Assembly (NCBI GenBank): GCA_017499595.2
Contig: CM039001.1
Span: 2,604,001-2,668,000, forward strand
Length of the DNA stretch: 64,000 bases
Source of the DNA: Psilocybe cubensis
Taxonomy: Eukaryota
Direction: 5' to 3'
The notes beneath the pieces are model-generated. The model saw nothing but the letters and a program-made list of their open reading frames with translations. It made no database searches and was not told the DNA's origin. This document shows, one piece after another, positions 51,661-64,000 of this stretch (positions are counted from its first letter, which is position 1; the number at the start of each line of letters is the position of its first letter). The translations under genes and the position numbers were made by a program.

Positions 51661-52443
51661 TCAGAAAGCGCCAAATGTCATTGATGGGTGGTTCCCCGCC
51701 AACCCTGAGCTCTGGGTGGACAAGCAGGGTTGATCGGATTGAAGAGAAAGGGCAAACGGAGAGTTTGCGTTTAGACACGCGCTTTGGGCAAATACAGACC
51801 GAGGGTGAGCGGCAGGGCTGTTCAGCGATTCCAATTGAGCAAGATAGAAAGGATCCGTCGCTGTGAATAGAGAAGTGGTCGGTGAAGATGGAAAAGGATC
51901 CGAGAAATTGTTATGAGACGTGTATCCGGGAAGAAAAACCTCCACATTCGTATTTGCTTGCGATGATTGAGAATCCTGGTATGTAAGAAATACGCTTCCC
52001 ATGTGCGAGTCAGAAAGGGAGTCCGAAAGAGACGTAGCAGGTATGAGTAGATCCTCCACCATTTTCTCGTCTTCCTCCAGGTTTTCTAAAGATGAAGATG
52101 AAACTGAGTTTCTGCGGCTACGGCTCGTGTCTATAGCCATGCCCCATCCTTGATTCGAGGAGACCGAAGGTGTACGTGCGGTAGGGGTGGTACACGCTCG
52201 TACTTTTAGTTTACGCCCTCGAGGTGAGCATGGAGTCTGGGGTTCATGCTGTATGTCAAGTGCAGAGGAATCACGGAACAGTGTCTGAGCTAGCTGCGCC
52301 TTTGAGACGGGTTATCGGTTAATTAATGCTTCGTTCGAACGCTGAGATAAAGATAAAACCTGGAGAACGGCAATGTCGTTGGCTTCTTGGCCTATGTGAT
52401 TCGAAGAAAGACAGGAGACGAGGTCATCTACAGAGACGGACAT
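51661..52443 (-). CDS. Hypothetical Ser-rich protein
   Basis: MSVSVDDLVSCLSSNHIGQEANDIAVLQ|AQLAQTLF... spliced in frame into ORF 51661-52140. Confidence 0.7.
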
Positions 52444-52677
52444 ATTGTGGGTAAGACAGAGACAGAGGGAGTGAAAGCAAGCAAGTAGCAGGCCCAGTGA
52501 CAACTTTTTATATGGCTGTCGGTCCGGGGCATCATCCAAGATCTCGGCTTACCCCGCATACCATTTAGATTCAAACGCCACTCTCTTTCGACAAACAACT
52601 TTATTTCTCCCTTCATTTGCATTACAATTAGGTAGTGGTGTATGTTATTAGGGTAGCGCCATTTAAATTATTCGTCT

Positions 52678-54070
52678 TTATGCTTTAATAAGAGGTTGCA
52701 GGGACTGTTGGCCGCTAGTTAGTCTCCTGTTAGCTAAAGCGAGGTCCTCCAACTTACCGCTTTGGTTATCTCAAAGATTCTCCGTTGACCTGCAAAGAGG
52801 ATGGCCGCCGTGAGAACACTCTGCACAATTTTGCTTCCAATGCCCTTGTACAGGCCCTCGATTCCTTCCTCCTTCAAAATGGTCAGCAATCCGTCAATGG
52901 AGGATTTGTATCTCAACGCATTGGCGGATCCTGCCTGCAAACGGCTCTTTACAACACTGAAAATGCCCGCGATGAGAATTACAATCAGAGAGGAAAATGA
53001 CGACATACATGTATGGATAGGTAATGCTTGTGGCAACTAAGAGGCGGCAAGTCAGAAGACGGTGAAGGGTCGAGAATCTAATGGCAAATCACCTAGTTTT
53101 GAGAGCGCGCCCAGGACAAAGAAGTCCATATCAGTTAAAACCGCAACAGCCGTCGCTGCTCCAGCTGCGGCACGAAGCTTGGCTGTACGTCTTGTTATCA
53201 AGAAGTTCTTCAGCTGTTCAAATGCCGTATATTGAATGATCGGGTTGATGACAAGGACCAGAGCGGGTCCTATCCCTCGCCACAGGGCACTTTATTACGT
53301 ATGTCAGAAATGTGCTATTAAGATAGAAGGTGGGTATGATGATGAACTAACCCAATTCCATCTTTCGCCAAGATGCTCTGAACAGTCTCTAAAAATCCAA
53401 GTTTCTTCGTAACGGTTGTGTTTCCGTCCGACCCCATTGTGCGGACAGCTTGGGATGTTTGGATGACCCATATAGGGTTGCTGATTATGGTTGTAGCAGA
53501 ACCTGCAACATTTATATGGTAAGTGTCATGCAGAATAGAGAGGTGTGAAGACAGACCAGCAATTAGCCCAGTCAACATGGACTCCAGGGTACTGAGTGCC
53601 TTGCTACCTCCTGTTCTCGTGCGAAGTATAGCCTCCCTCGAGCGCTCATAGAAGTAGTAATAAACGCTACCAAAACAACCTTTAGATCTCAGACAATTCA
53701 TTCGTTAGGAAGATGACCTACCCATTTGTAACAGCGATACCCAATAAGCTTGAGTCCAACCCACTATAGAGGCCCAGAACTCCTTCACGTTTGATGATGT
53801 CGATAATTGCTTGGTACGTCGACTATTGTTCCGTAATTAGTCTTGAACGACGCAGTTATACCAGCACAGATAGACTAGATGCGAACCTTTTGCTCCTTCT
53901 TGGTTTCTACCGCTGCTCGAGTAGAAAGAAAGATGAGAGGGCTTTTTATCCCGGTCAGCGCGATCACTCCTACGGAAAAGTGAAAAAGCAATGGTTGCGT
54001 ACTAAGTGGCCGTCATCGCCACGATGCCTCCAGCAGCACCAGCGACAGCATGGATAGCGGAATCACTCAT
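52678..54070 (-). CDS. Peroxisomal mitochondrial-carrier-family protein (Pmp47/SLC25A17-like)
   Basis: HAVAGAAGGIVAMTAT|YPL; SNPIWVIQT; LVLVINPIIQYTAFEQLK; GLYKGIGSKIVQSVLTAA. Confidence 0.88.
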
Positions 54071-54397
54071 TGTAGGCTTTGTGAAAAGGAAAAGAAAAGA
54101 TTCGTGTGTGGTTGTAAGGGACTGTTCACAAGGTTTTTACATATGTACGAAATTCGGGTATCGGTTGTGATTGCGTTCCAGGACTCGGGACATCCTGACG
54201 TCGTTGGGTCTAACGAAATCACATGTCACCCATCACTCAGCCATGCCTTCCCCGCGTTCTTCACTAAGAGTACCTAGTGCGGATACAAAATGAATGTTAC
54301 GGAGCTCCATTTCCATCCCGTTGACGTTCATTCTCCCGATGCCAATTATTATTTAAGTTACATTGAGGATACAAAGAGAAAGAAGGAAAACTAATCA

Positions 54398-57300
54398 CTA
54401 ATCACCCAGAGACTTCAGGAGGCCCTTCAACTCTTCAATGTCCTTTGCAAACCCATTAGAGCTGCCCGAGCTGTCAGCTTTGTTGATAGTAACTCCTGAG
54501 TAAGCGGCCCCGTCTGGCGCTGTCGATTTGCCATCATCCTTACTCAACCACTCGTCCAGTTGAGCAATGATAGAATTAGCTTTCAACCGGAAATGTGTTT
54601 GTATGACTTCGGCAAATGGTTCAGGGGGATTTTTGAGGTTTCCGAGCATCTGCAGGCCATCATGTTCACTTCATTCCTCTCAATATCGATGCTATCATGA
54701 CAACTCACTGCAGTCCGCACGACCATGCGTCTCACATTGGCAGAATCTACAAGAATGCAGGTTGAGATGGCGACCCCCAGAATGCAAAAGTAACTGAAAA
54801 GGACACACATGCTTGTGACGCCGGGGTGCCAGAGCCTGTGGCCCAACCTGGCTCATTAAGATATGGTTCATCGCATAAAATCATGGATTGTATTGAAATG
54901 AGAACCTATGGGCATTTAGATTATTGATATCAAGAAACTGCTTTGAACATACTTGTAGTAAGGTAGATTTGCCAGAAACCCAACCAGGGCCTTGCCAAGT
55001 GCCAAGTAACGAGAGACATACTTTACCGTCCTGCAGATGGTCATGAGTATGTAAACCATCTACTTTGACTCTCAACGTACAGCGTACAAATTTGGGTTGA
55101 AACGGTACTTCCCGCCGTTCGTCTATAATGAGCAGAACATTATTATATAAATCTTGCTAAGAAAAATCTGTTGCAACTTACAGTCATGTATTTTACGTTA
55201 GGAGGTGATTGGTTGTAACTCGGTCCTAAGAAAATATCGAATAAATAACTAGATGTTTGTATTAGACAACAGCAAAGTTGTAGTCAGGAGAGAAGAGTGG
55301 CCCACCATCCGTTATGATACCTGCAAATAGGAAGTTAATGTAGCAATACGAAACAGAAAGATCAATAAAGCTTACGGGGTCCCTTCTGGCCCTGTGATCA
55401 GTGCTTTGATGACATCGACCCGTGTTTCGTCGACCCTCAAAAATATGGAAGAACCCCAACTGACAGGTAAGTTGGTCGTCAAGATCGCCAGCTACAAAGT
55501 GATTTAGCAGTCTTCATGTAATGAGTAGGGAACTAGAAACTCACTTCTTTGGCGATGGCCAACGACCTCTTGGGAATATCGGAATTTGCTAACATTCGAG
55601 CTTCATTATCATAGAAGAATTTATAATGCGGTGTAACGTCGTCGTCCTGTCCCGCGGTAGGCACAGTCAAATCACAGTACTCAAATCTCACTCGAGTCGC
55701 CCATTCTGAATAAGCGTGTTCAATTGCATCTTGTGATGCGCCAGCCTCAACACGGTATTGAGTAACGTCGGCAGACGATGAAATATTCGGAAGCGAAGCG
55801 TGCAAACGCTCGACGAAGGCATCTCCCTTGGTATCCCGTAGCGAGCGATCGATGGCTGAGACAGTCGCGAGTATACGTCGGCAGAAACGAAGGAGCTTCA
55901 TGTTCTCATCGGAGGTTATGCTCGTAATTTCTTCCTCAGCTTTTTCCTTCGCATCAACCGTCATACGCTTCTGTTCCTCTGTAAGCTCTTCCGGGGTGGG
56001 CTCCACTACTTTATTTCCTTCTAATCCTTTTAACGCTGCCCGGGCTTGTATGGCAATACCCTCAAGAAGCTCCCTAGGACCTGAACTTCCTTCATATACG
56101 ATAGTCCTTTCTCGCGCTTGATTGTTTTTGGCAACAACAGACTTCACTGATGCGACCACCATGATTGGCATCGCCATCATGCTAGCCAGAGCTTCATGAT
56201 TGGAGACGGTCTAGCGCAGCAAGTCAAGTCAAAATCGACGAACAAAGAAGACAGTCTTTTAGATACCTCTAACCATTCAAGTAGCTCAAAGTAGAGTACT
56301 GATCGGTCGGACATGTCTGCTAACGAATCATTCCGAAGAAGGCTGCTACAAATGTGGTTGAAGCGTCTGCGAAGGTGAGCTAAAGCAGTTGGGTGGACCA
56401 AGTAATCGCTCGTTCTCCCACCACCCTCGCGATTGAGATTAGGTAGGTAGACACGTATGGAACTCATCAATTTCGAAATCTTTTCGTCCTTCGAGCGTTG
56501 ATTAGCCAAGGCCTTCAATTGTCCGGTATTCTTGAAATATAGTATATGAGTGGCAAATCTACAAGCTCGAGCAAGAGAAGACCTACATCTTCGGTAGCGT
56601 CGCCGTCATAGCCAATACCACTGCTACTTTTTGCTTTCTTCCCAGGGCCATAGTACATGCTATCCTCATCATCTCCATCGACATTGCTCCCGTCAGGTTT
56701 GCGTTTTTTGGCTGTTCGGACGCCTAGATCATCTGAATCCAAAACTTGCTGGCTATAGAGTTGGTCAAGCATTATTAAGCCGACTCCCAGTATAACACCC
56801 TGGAGATTCGAACAGTGAAAAAGGGGGTCTTCGCGACTAGCAGCATGTTTTTCATGATCGATTGAAACAGGTTCGCCACAAGCTAGGCACATTTTCGAGT
56901 GACATCTAGGACAAATTTTTGTCACCCGACTTCGTAGTCGATCGATATATGTTGTGAAATTGGCCTACAGCATATTAATTCATTGTGGCTTGTACAAATA
57001 ATATTTTAGAGCGCTGACTTACATGTAAGGCGAAGAAATCGCCCTTGTTCCGGGAAATTGACGCCCCACAATCGTGAGGGCATGGAGTGGCATCCGTGCT
57101 GAGTTGAGAGTAAAGACTAAACAAAAAACTTTGTTCACCACCTTCAGGACAGCCCTTCATCCACTGCCCCTGCGTCACTAGAGGCACTGATTCGTTCGTC
57201 TCATGAATGACTATCGTTTCTGGTATTTCATCGATCTCAATGACCTCTTCCTTACGATCTTTAGAGAAGAAAATTCCTGCGGATACATTGCAAGTAAGCG

Positions 57301-57889
57301 CCGACTTGGCCGCGGCCGTGTTGAATTGGATCTTACCAGAGTAAGGATCGACATCTACATTTCCTGCCCCTGATGTAGCAGTGATTCCATTCATTTCTCC
57401 AAAGTCAGAGTCGTAATCGACATAGTCGCCTCCATCTCAAACGGATTTATCAGTCAGACGACTGTCAAGTGAGACGATGAAATGGAGTTCACCATCGTCA
57501 TCGTCCTCGTCTTCATCCTGGTCTTCTGCGTCATCCATATCTTCGTCATCTGAAGGCGTCTATTAATCTGATATTTTAATCCGAGTGTCATGACAAGGAA
57601 GGCCGGTCAAAACGTACAGCTGGCCGCGGCACTTTGTCCCTTGCAGGAGACGCTCTGGAAGAAGACATCTCTACGTCCTCATCCTTGATGTGATCAAATT
57701 TGCCCTCAAAAAACCTTTCGGCGGCCTGCATTACATCTTTATATTGTTTCAGCGCAGCGCGCGCCTGGGCATGAGTAGCACCCTATAGACACGTTCATGA
57801 AGCCAGTGAGTACCAGGTGCATGATTGAGGCAGTAGACTGGTAGCCGACACACCATTTCAACAAGTTGTTGAACCTCAACCTCCGACAT
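54398..57889 (-). CDS. Large ubiquitin-conjugating enzyme: UBA plus Cys/His-rich region plus BIRC6/UBE2O-type UBC domain
   Basis: N-term VQQLVEM|GATHAQARAAL (UBA); CPRCHSKMCLAC; ALITGPEGTPY, RFNPNLYA|DGKVCLSLLGTW, EPYLNEPGW. Confidence 0.85.
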
Positions 57890-58363
57890 CTTTACTATGA
57901 AGTACGTACACAAACAGTAAAATCAAAGGAGAGTCTCGAACTGTAGATTGAAGTTGTGAGCGAGTTACAACCTCGGCTCTGAGAACTTAGTCTGATTGAA
58001 CTAAACCCAAAGTAAATGCTTATATGTTTACGTAATGTAGTGACTCTTAGTCTCTTTTGGTTGAGGTACTTGAGTACACACGTCTATGGCTGCACACATT
58101 GCACAAACAATAATATATAAGATTTCAGTACAAAGATAGCCGTTTTCAAAAGAGCAGTGTCATGCAATGGACACGAGAAACGGAATCTAAAAAAAGGTTA
58201 TCGGGAAATAACATATAAGCTACCAGAGACCAAAGAGAAATGAGAAGAGAAAATCGCATAGTACATCGTATTTAAATACAATGCAAATGTCACTTTCCAA
58301 TACAGACCAAGCTAGTCAGACAACAGAACACCTACAGGAGCAAGAAAACGGAAGCATCCCTTC

Positions 58364-60402
58364 CTACTTTTTCGGAGGTTGAACACTGTCGCGATCGAAG
58401 CCAAGGGGATACGATGAAAGATCACTGGTAAGGGCAAGGGTATCAAGGCTGGCTCTCTGCCGCGGAACATTGAACGGTGATGGAGGAGGTTTACTCTCCG
58501 ATAGGGGATCGGATTCGATTTGGAATGGGAATGATCCCAATCCTGACGACATTGTAGAAAGCTGGGAACCGGTTGACAGACCCAGAGTGCGCCGATTTGG
58601 AGGCGCTGGGAGAGTTTCGTCCTGATTATTAGTGGCGGCCTTAGAACCCTCTTGGGCGAATGTCTGGCTAGTAGCAGGAGATGGAGGTGCAATAGTAAAA
58701 GTATGTTGATGCAAAGGAGAGCTCGAATTAGTAAATGACTGTTGACCCAACGGAGATACGGGGGGTGATCTAATAGGTCGATCTGAAATCGGCGACGGGG
58801 GCACGAATGGGAATGACTCCAGAATGGAGTCAGCACGGGTCGAAGTCGCCGACAGCATAGAGGAACCTGAAATCCTCCTTCTATCAAGACCCTGCGCTTG
58901 AGCTTGCGCCTGAGCATGAGCCAGTGCAAGCTGTTGCTGTTCTTGCAAGGTTTGGCCTCCATTACCGGTGGGAGGTGTAACAAGCCGTCCCATAGTTGTC
59001 CTATAAGAATTGGCACTGGCAGGAGTTTTGAGACCGACATTGACACGTGTGGCGCTGGCAATATCTATAACAGAGCCGGCTTGGGTACTCATGCTCGAAG
59101 GCCTACTCTGGTCGGCGCTTCGTGACCATGGTAGTATTGGCCCATCAGGCACCCAATTAGCGTCGCCAACCTGATTGGTTTGAGTGGACAGACGCCCATA
59201 TGTCGTCGTGGAAGCAGCCGGTGAAGCAGCGTAATCGGCGTTAGTTGACATGTTATCGTTGAAAGGATTGTTGACCTCTTGACTTTCGTCTGCTTCTTTT
59301 AACATATCACTCGGGCCAAAGGAGGTCGAGGCTAAAGGGGACTTAACAGATGGTCTCGAGTAGGCGGGAGGTTTCAAGTTGTCAGATGAGTTGTTTGCCG
59401 ACAATGAGCCAGCACTGATAACTTCGGCCTTCATAACACCTAAAACTTGACGAACATTGCCTTTCGAAGAGGTCATAATCATTGGAGCTTCATTTAAGAA
59501 GTCACTGGAATAGCTGGCGTTGGACATGTACGAATTTCTGGAGGATATACCAGATATACCAGAGCGAGTAGATTGAGAATATCCATTCCGAACGTTCTCA
59601 TGGGAAACATTGACATGCTCCAGATTGAGATTGAGCTCGGGGGAACGAGGGGGGCGAGAAGGGTAAGATGAGGAAGAAGTTTGAGAATCCGTGTGCGCTG
59701 AGGACAGACGATTGGCGTCAGCGGGAACAAGAGCAATGGGTATAACGTTAGTGCCTCCAGTGCCAGCCGTCTGGATAGAATTGTTGTCGTCAAACGGATT
59801 GATCGGAGGCCTGAAGCCGTGCGGGGGGTGTGAAGTAGAGGCTTCTGCATGAGGATCGAGATCGATGGTGTTGGAAGTACTCGTTCTGAGCTCTGCCTGA
59901 ACCTTCTCCGCAGGGTCCGGACGATTGAGCACCGTCTCAGCAGAGGCGGGAACTTCTTTCTTGACTTCTCGGGGAACCGAACGATGTTTGCGAACTAACG
60001 CGGCCTTTCGACGATGAAGGAAGAAAGCGATCACAAGGCCAAGAAAGACGATGGCGCCGATGACACCGCCCGCCAATGCACCTTTGCTGACGCCGCCACC
60101 TGATTGCTTGACTGGAGTCTGAAGAACACACTGGTTCTTCGGACAAGTGTTGCAGTCCCTGTGGAAATAGTCAAGGAGTGCAGACGAGATGGCCCAGTGG
60201 AATGACATACCTCGCGATTTGGACACAGAATTCGTTGGCCTTGCAACTACATGGCATGAGGTCAGGACATGTCGACACGTCGATACACGCACGAGCCGAA
60301 AGAGGATTTGTGACCATTGAATAAATAAAAGAGCGTAAAGGTCAAATAAAAAGGAAGACCACTGGGTGGTGGTGAGAAAGAGGGTGGTAACGAGCTCGGC
60401 AT
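58364..60402 (-). CDS. OPY2: Opy2-like single-pass membrane anchor
   Basis: Cys-rich N-term CIDVSTCPDLMPCSCKANEFCVQIAR|DCNTCPKNQC, one TM helix (GALAGGVIGAIVFLGLVIAFFL), long Ser-rich cytoplasmic tail with NVIPIA. Confidence 0.75.
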
Positions 60403-60522
60403 GCAGAGCACTCGCTCGCAGTCAGAGTAAACGTGGGAAAATCACAGACCCACATGGGCGCTGCTGCAATTAGTTATTTATTTTCTTATATTAGCTAACT
60501 CCCCTCCTTAATCTGTACCCCA

Positions 60523-61717
60523 ATGTCGACTCCAGCAATCGCCGCCTCTAATCTTACCTACTCTTATAATAGTTTCTCCCCCCCTTCTCTCATCGATGTA
60601 AATATTTCCCTACCAAAGGGTTCTCGCACTATTCTCGTCGGCGCAAATGGAGGCCAGCCCTGCATCTGATAATCCGCCTCTTGCGTCTGACATGTCTTAT
60701 CCTAGCCGGAAAGTCTACACTGCTTCAGCTTTTGGCAGGGAAGAAACTGATCAACACCCCCGGCGCCGAGCTCACAATCAAGGGCCAAGATGTATTTAGA
60801 AACTCTCCCTCAGGTGTAACATTCCTAGGCACAGAATGGTCCGTGTCTATGCTCCTCCAGATTCCCCATGATCCTCCATCTGTTGGTTTCACAGGGCTAT
60901 GAACCCCGTCGTCCGCGGCGATATTGTCGTCTCCGCATTCCTAGACTCCGTTGGGGGCTATAGACATAAGGAGAGGAGGGACATTCTTCTTGATATTCTC
61001 GACATCGACTTGGATTGGCACATGCACCAGATCTCGGATGGTGAACGGCGTCGAGTCCAGCTTTGTTTTGGATTGATGGTCCCTTGGGATGTTCTGTTGC
61101 TTGATGAGGTTTGAATCATATAGACAGCATCTACTTATGATTGACTAAATCTCTCAGGTTACTGTTGACCTCGATGTCCTTGTTCGCGATGATCTCTTGA
61201 ATTTCTTGAAGGCTGATAGCGAGGCTCGGGGAGCAACAATCTTGTGCAAGTTTATACCTTCTTTACACCGTTCTGTATTTATAACTTGCAACAGATGCAA
61301 CGCATATCTTCGATGGCTTGAATAATTTCCCTACACATGTCGCTCATATGCGCTATGGATCCTTCGTAACCCTTCCCACGCCTTACAATCCTAATCCCAG
61401 TCTCGGAACTAGCTCAACATCCACACTATATAACTTGGCTCTTCAATGGCTCAAGGAAGACAGAGACTACCGCCGGGAACTCGAAAGGAATGGTCAACAG
61501 ATTACTCGCGGAGCACGCAGAGACCAAGTACGTCATCATTCAATCGTTGCCAGGCTTGGCATATGCTGATTTTCGAATCACATTGTCGTTATAGGCGGTC
61601 CCTTCTGATTCCGAAACGTTCTACAGAAAGTGAATGTTGTTTCTATCTTTCAAAGCAGTCCAGAGGGAGCTCTACTTACATTTTTTGCCGACTTATAGAT
61701 ACGACTACAGTCATTAA
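60523..61717 (+). CDS. CAF16: CCR4-associated ABC ATPase Caf16
   Basis: [48 protein letters not shown]. Confidence 0.9.
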
Positions 61718-61867
61718 TCGGCATGCAACATATAGCGTCCACAGACTATTTGATTTGCCTTTCGTAAATTACTAGGCCATATGGGTGGTGTATAGACAGG
61801 TAGAAGAATATCTCTGTTGGGTGGAATACGCAATTAATCGTCAATGCCAACCTTCAACAGTGCCTCA

Positions 61868-61947
61868 AATAGCGTATTCAACAACGCAATAGCGTATTCA
61901 ACAACGCAATAGCGCATTCAACAATGCAATAGCGTGTTCAACGACGC
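61868..61947. repeat. Minisatellite, 20-bp unit (AATAGCGTATTCAACAACGC) x4
   Basis: Four tandem copies with 0-2 substitutions each. Confidence 0.9.
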
Positions 61948-62518
61948 TAGGAACTCCAGAGGCAACGCCAGATTACAATGAGTTTCAACACTGCCCAAGA
62001 CTCCCCAGAGATTTATTGTCTTCAAAAGCATTATGACATGTTTTATATATAAAAGCGCATTGCACAGTTTACTAGATTGCTCAAGCAAAACTATATTTCT
62101 ACCTATCATCCATGTGGGGACCCCACGAATGTAAGTATTGTTTCTTGTCTAGATGTCGTATTATGCCGTATCACTATCAAGAATCACAGCTTGTGTCATC
62201 ATGCCGGAATGACTGGCATAAGCGCCTACCAAAATGATCCTAGTGAGAAATTAAAATTCGATGGCACATGTCGTCATAGGTATCCTATCCCTTTGCCCCT
62301 TTCATCTGCCCAGTAACGTTACTTTTTTTTTAAGTTAATCAGGAACGATCTCATAGCAAAACGCCTTTAAAATCAAAAAAGTCTTTAAAGTCCGGACGAA
62401 CAAGACTATCAACTATGTATGTATCTATTTCTGATTTTCGCACCCCTGAACACTTCTACACGTTACTTCACCGCCCAAAGCTGGACACTCCGTTATTCAC
62501 AACTTGATCAAAAAACCG

Positions 62519-63096
62519 TTAAGCAATAACATTGATAACTGCTTCGGTTCCTCCTCTAACAAGGACGGGGCTTCCATCGGTACCATTGATATTGTGAATG
62601 TTGTTCAAAATCAAAGTGTAAGTGGCGTTGAAGAAAAATCCGTGCGGAACCTAAAACAAATCGCGAGGTTGATTCAAACGGCGTGGATGCGTTATGCATT
62701 GGATACTTACCTTGACGGAGAACGAATCGGACAGCGCGCCTTTGGGTAGAGCGTGGCGAGCAAGGATGATTGGCTGTTCGAAGCCGTTGTTGTTGGGCGG
62801 GAGAACTTCAATCGAGTAGTCAAGGAATTGTGGGATGAGCCCAAATTGCTGGACACCGCAGCTGACATCAGTTGTGATCTTAATAGTCTATAAGGGCCGA
62901 GCTCAGTCAGCTCCAATGCCTAAACTAGTGGTTTAAATAATAAGGATAGACGCACGTCTCCAGCACGGAAGGTCGAGGGTGTAACGGTAACAACACCGAA
63001 ACGCGCTGCTTCATCGCAAGGGGCGGCTCGACCAACGTTGGCAGATGCTACGAGCCCCGCAAGAGACAGGATGGCGGCAGAAATGGCGAATTTCAT
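62519..63096 (-). CDS. Small secreted protein (about 140 aa, three exons, two Cys)
   Basis: MKFAISAAILSLAGLVASA signal peptide; ...PCDEAARFG...|TIKITTDVSCG...|VPHGFFFNATYTL...VINVIA*; not represented correctly in the ORF track. Confidence 0.8.
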
Positions 63097-64000
63097 TGTA
63101 CGAAAAAGAAGTAAAATGTTGTTGGTTTATCCTTGACTATCAATGTGCTTGCGATGTGAGATTCACAATATTTTCGATGGCTTTTATACTGTACCAGAGC
63201 TACTCAACGAGAATTCGAACGGTCAAGGAACTCCGGGATTTAGGGTGCAACATCCCCTCATCGAGGCTTGCCCGTGAATCAACATAATTAGCAAAGGAAC
63301 ATGTTTACAAGTAACAGATTGACGGAGCATGTAATGGCAGTATTGAAAGCTGCACGAAGGAATAGGACGCTTCTTACCGACACAATGAATCCGCAAATGA
63401 ACACCTTTAGCATTCCTTTCTGTAGTGTGGTACGATGATTGTCAATGCTTCTAGCACTTCTCGCACAATGCCCGTTGATCGACGTCTAAATTTAGGTTGT
63501 GAGGGAAGGACGCCACATAATCCTCTTTTGGATTCCCACAACGTTCTCATTAGGCCGCCGAGACTTTGGCAGAGTACACCCATTACAGACCAAAAAGGAA
63601 TACACTGATGGAGCACACATGTGTAAGATGTTGTGTCAGGACAGATATCGATTTTAGAAGTGTTTCATCCGACTACCAATTCATTCAACCTCGGGGAAAA
63701 CGGGCGCCCACAAAATCTAATATTATTAAACGAACGGGTGGCGGTTAATCGATTAATCATTCAGCGAGCTTATAAATGCATTATTCTCAACTGTATGCGC
63801 AATATATCTTATTCATACACCAAGTTGCAGGTTCTAATGCTATTGGCTCAGTATGGGTCGAGTGCCACGGGTGTTGTTGACGGCTATAGGTTTACTCGAA
63901 CTTGACGGATACTTCGGTTGCTGGTGGCAGATATTGCTGGCAGGCAGTATTGTTCAAAGATGCGAAGCCTTTTTGCCACTCAGAAACGAAATGATGAATC

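Noticed and set aside
61868-61947. Possible CRISPR-like array
   Set aside because: The repeats are contiguous with no spacers, there are no cas genes, and the context is eukaryotic.

Overview
This is a gene-dense, intron-rich fungal genomic window, most likely an Agaricomycete basidiomycete (short GT-AG introns, HGD-type TKL kinase, BTB-like and small secreted proteins). It holds about 30 spliced genes, mostly conserved housekeeping loci: PHO81-like, PEX12, proteasome alpha6, COX15, BolA, EFM6-like methyltransferase, CBM48 protein, HBS1, RIM1, UPF0303, SUA5, an HMG-box factor, DUF302, DBP8, MOB1, U1A/U2B'', ceramide synthase, SNF7, PMP47-like carrier, a UBA+UBC enzyme, OPY2-like and CAF16. 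Five things stand out. (1) A complete 4,508-bp DNA transposon (33767-38274) with perfect 53-bp TIRs, a 6-bp TSD, an apparently intact spliced Clr5-like/rve-type DDE transposase and a second convergent gene of unknown function; it is IS3EU-like and sits inside a three-copy DJ-1/Hsp31 array. (2) A 229-bp CACTG-ended hairpin MITE with a 3-bp TSD in the COX15/BolA bidirectional promoter. (3) An HBS1 locus with an alternative terminal exon that would encode a GTPase-less Ski7-like isoform. (4) An MLKL-like helical-domain plus kinase gene with a stop codon in its catalytic loop. (5) Genes poorly captured by the ORF track (UPF0303, a small secreted protein). All exon boundaries and family assignments were made by eye, without database searches.
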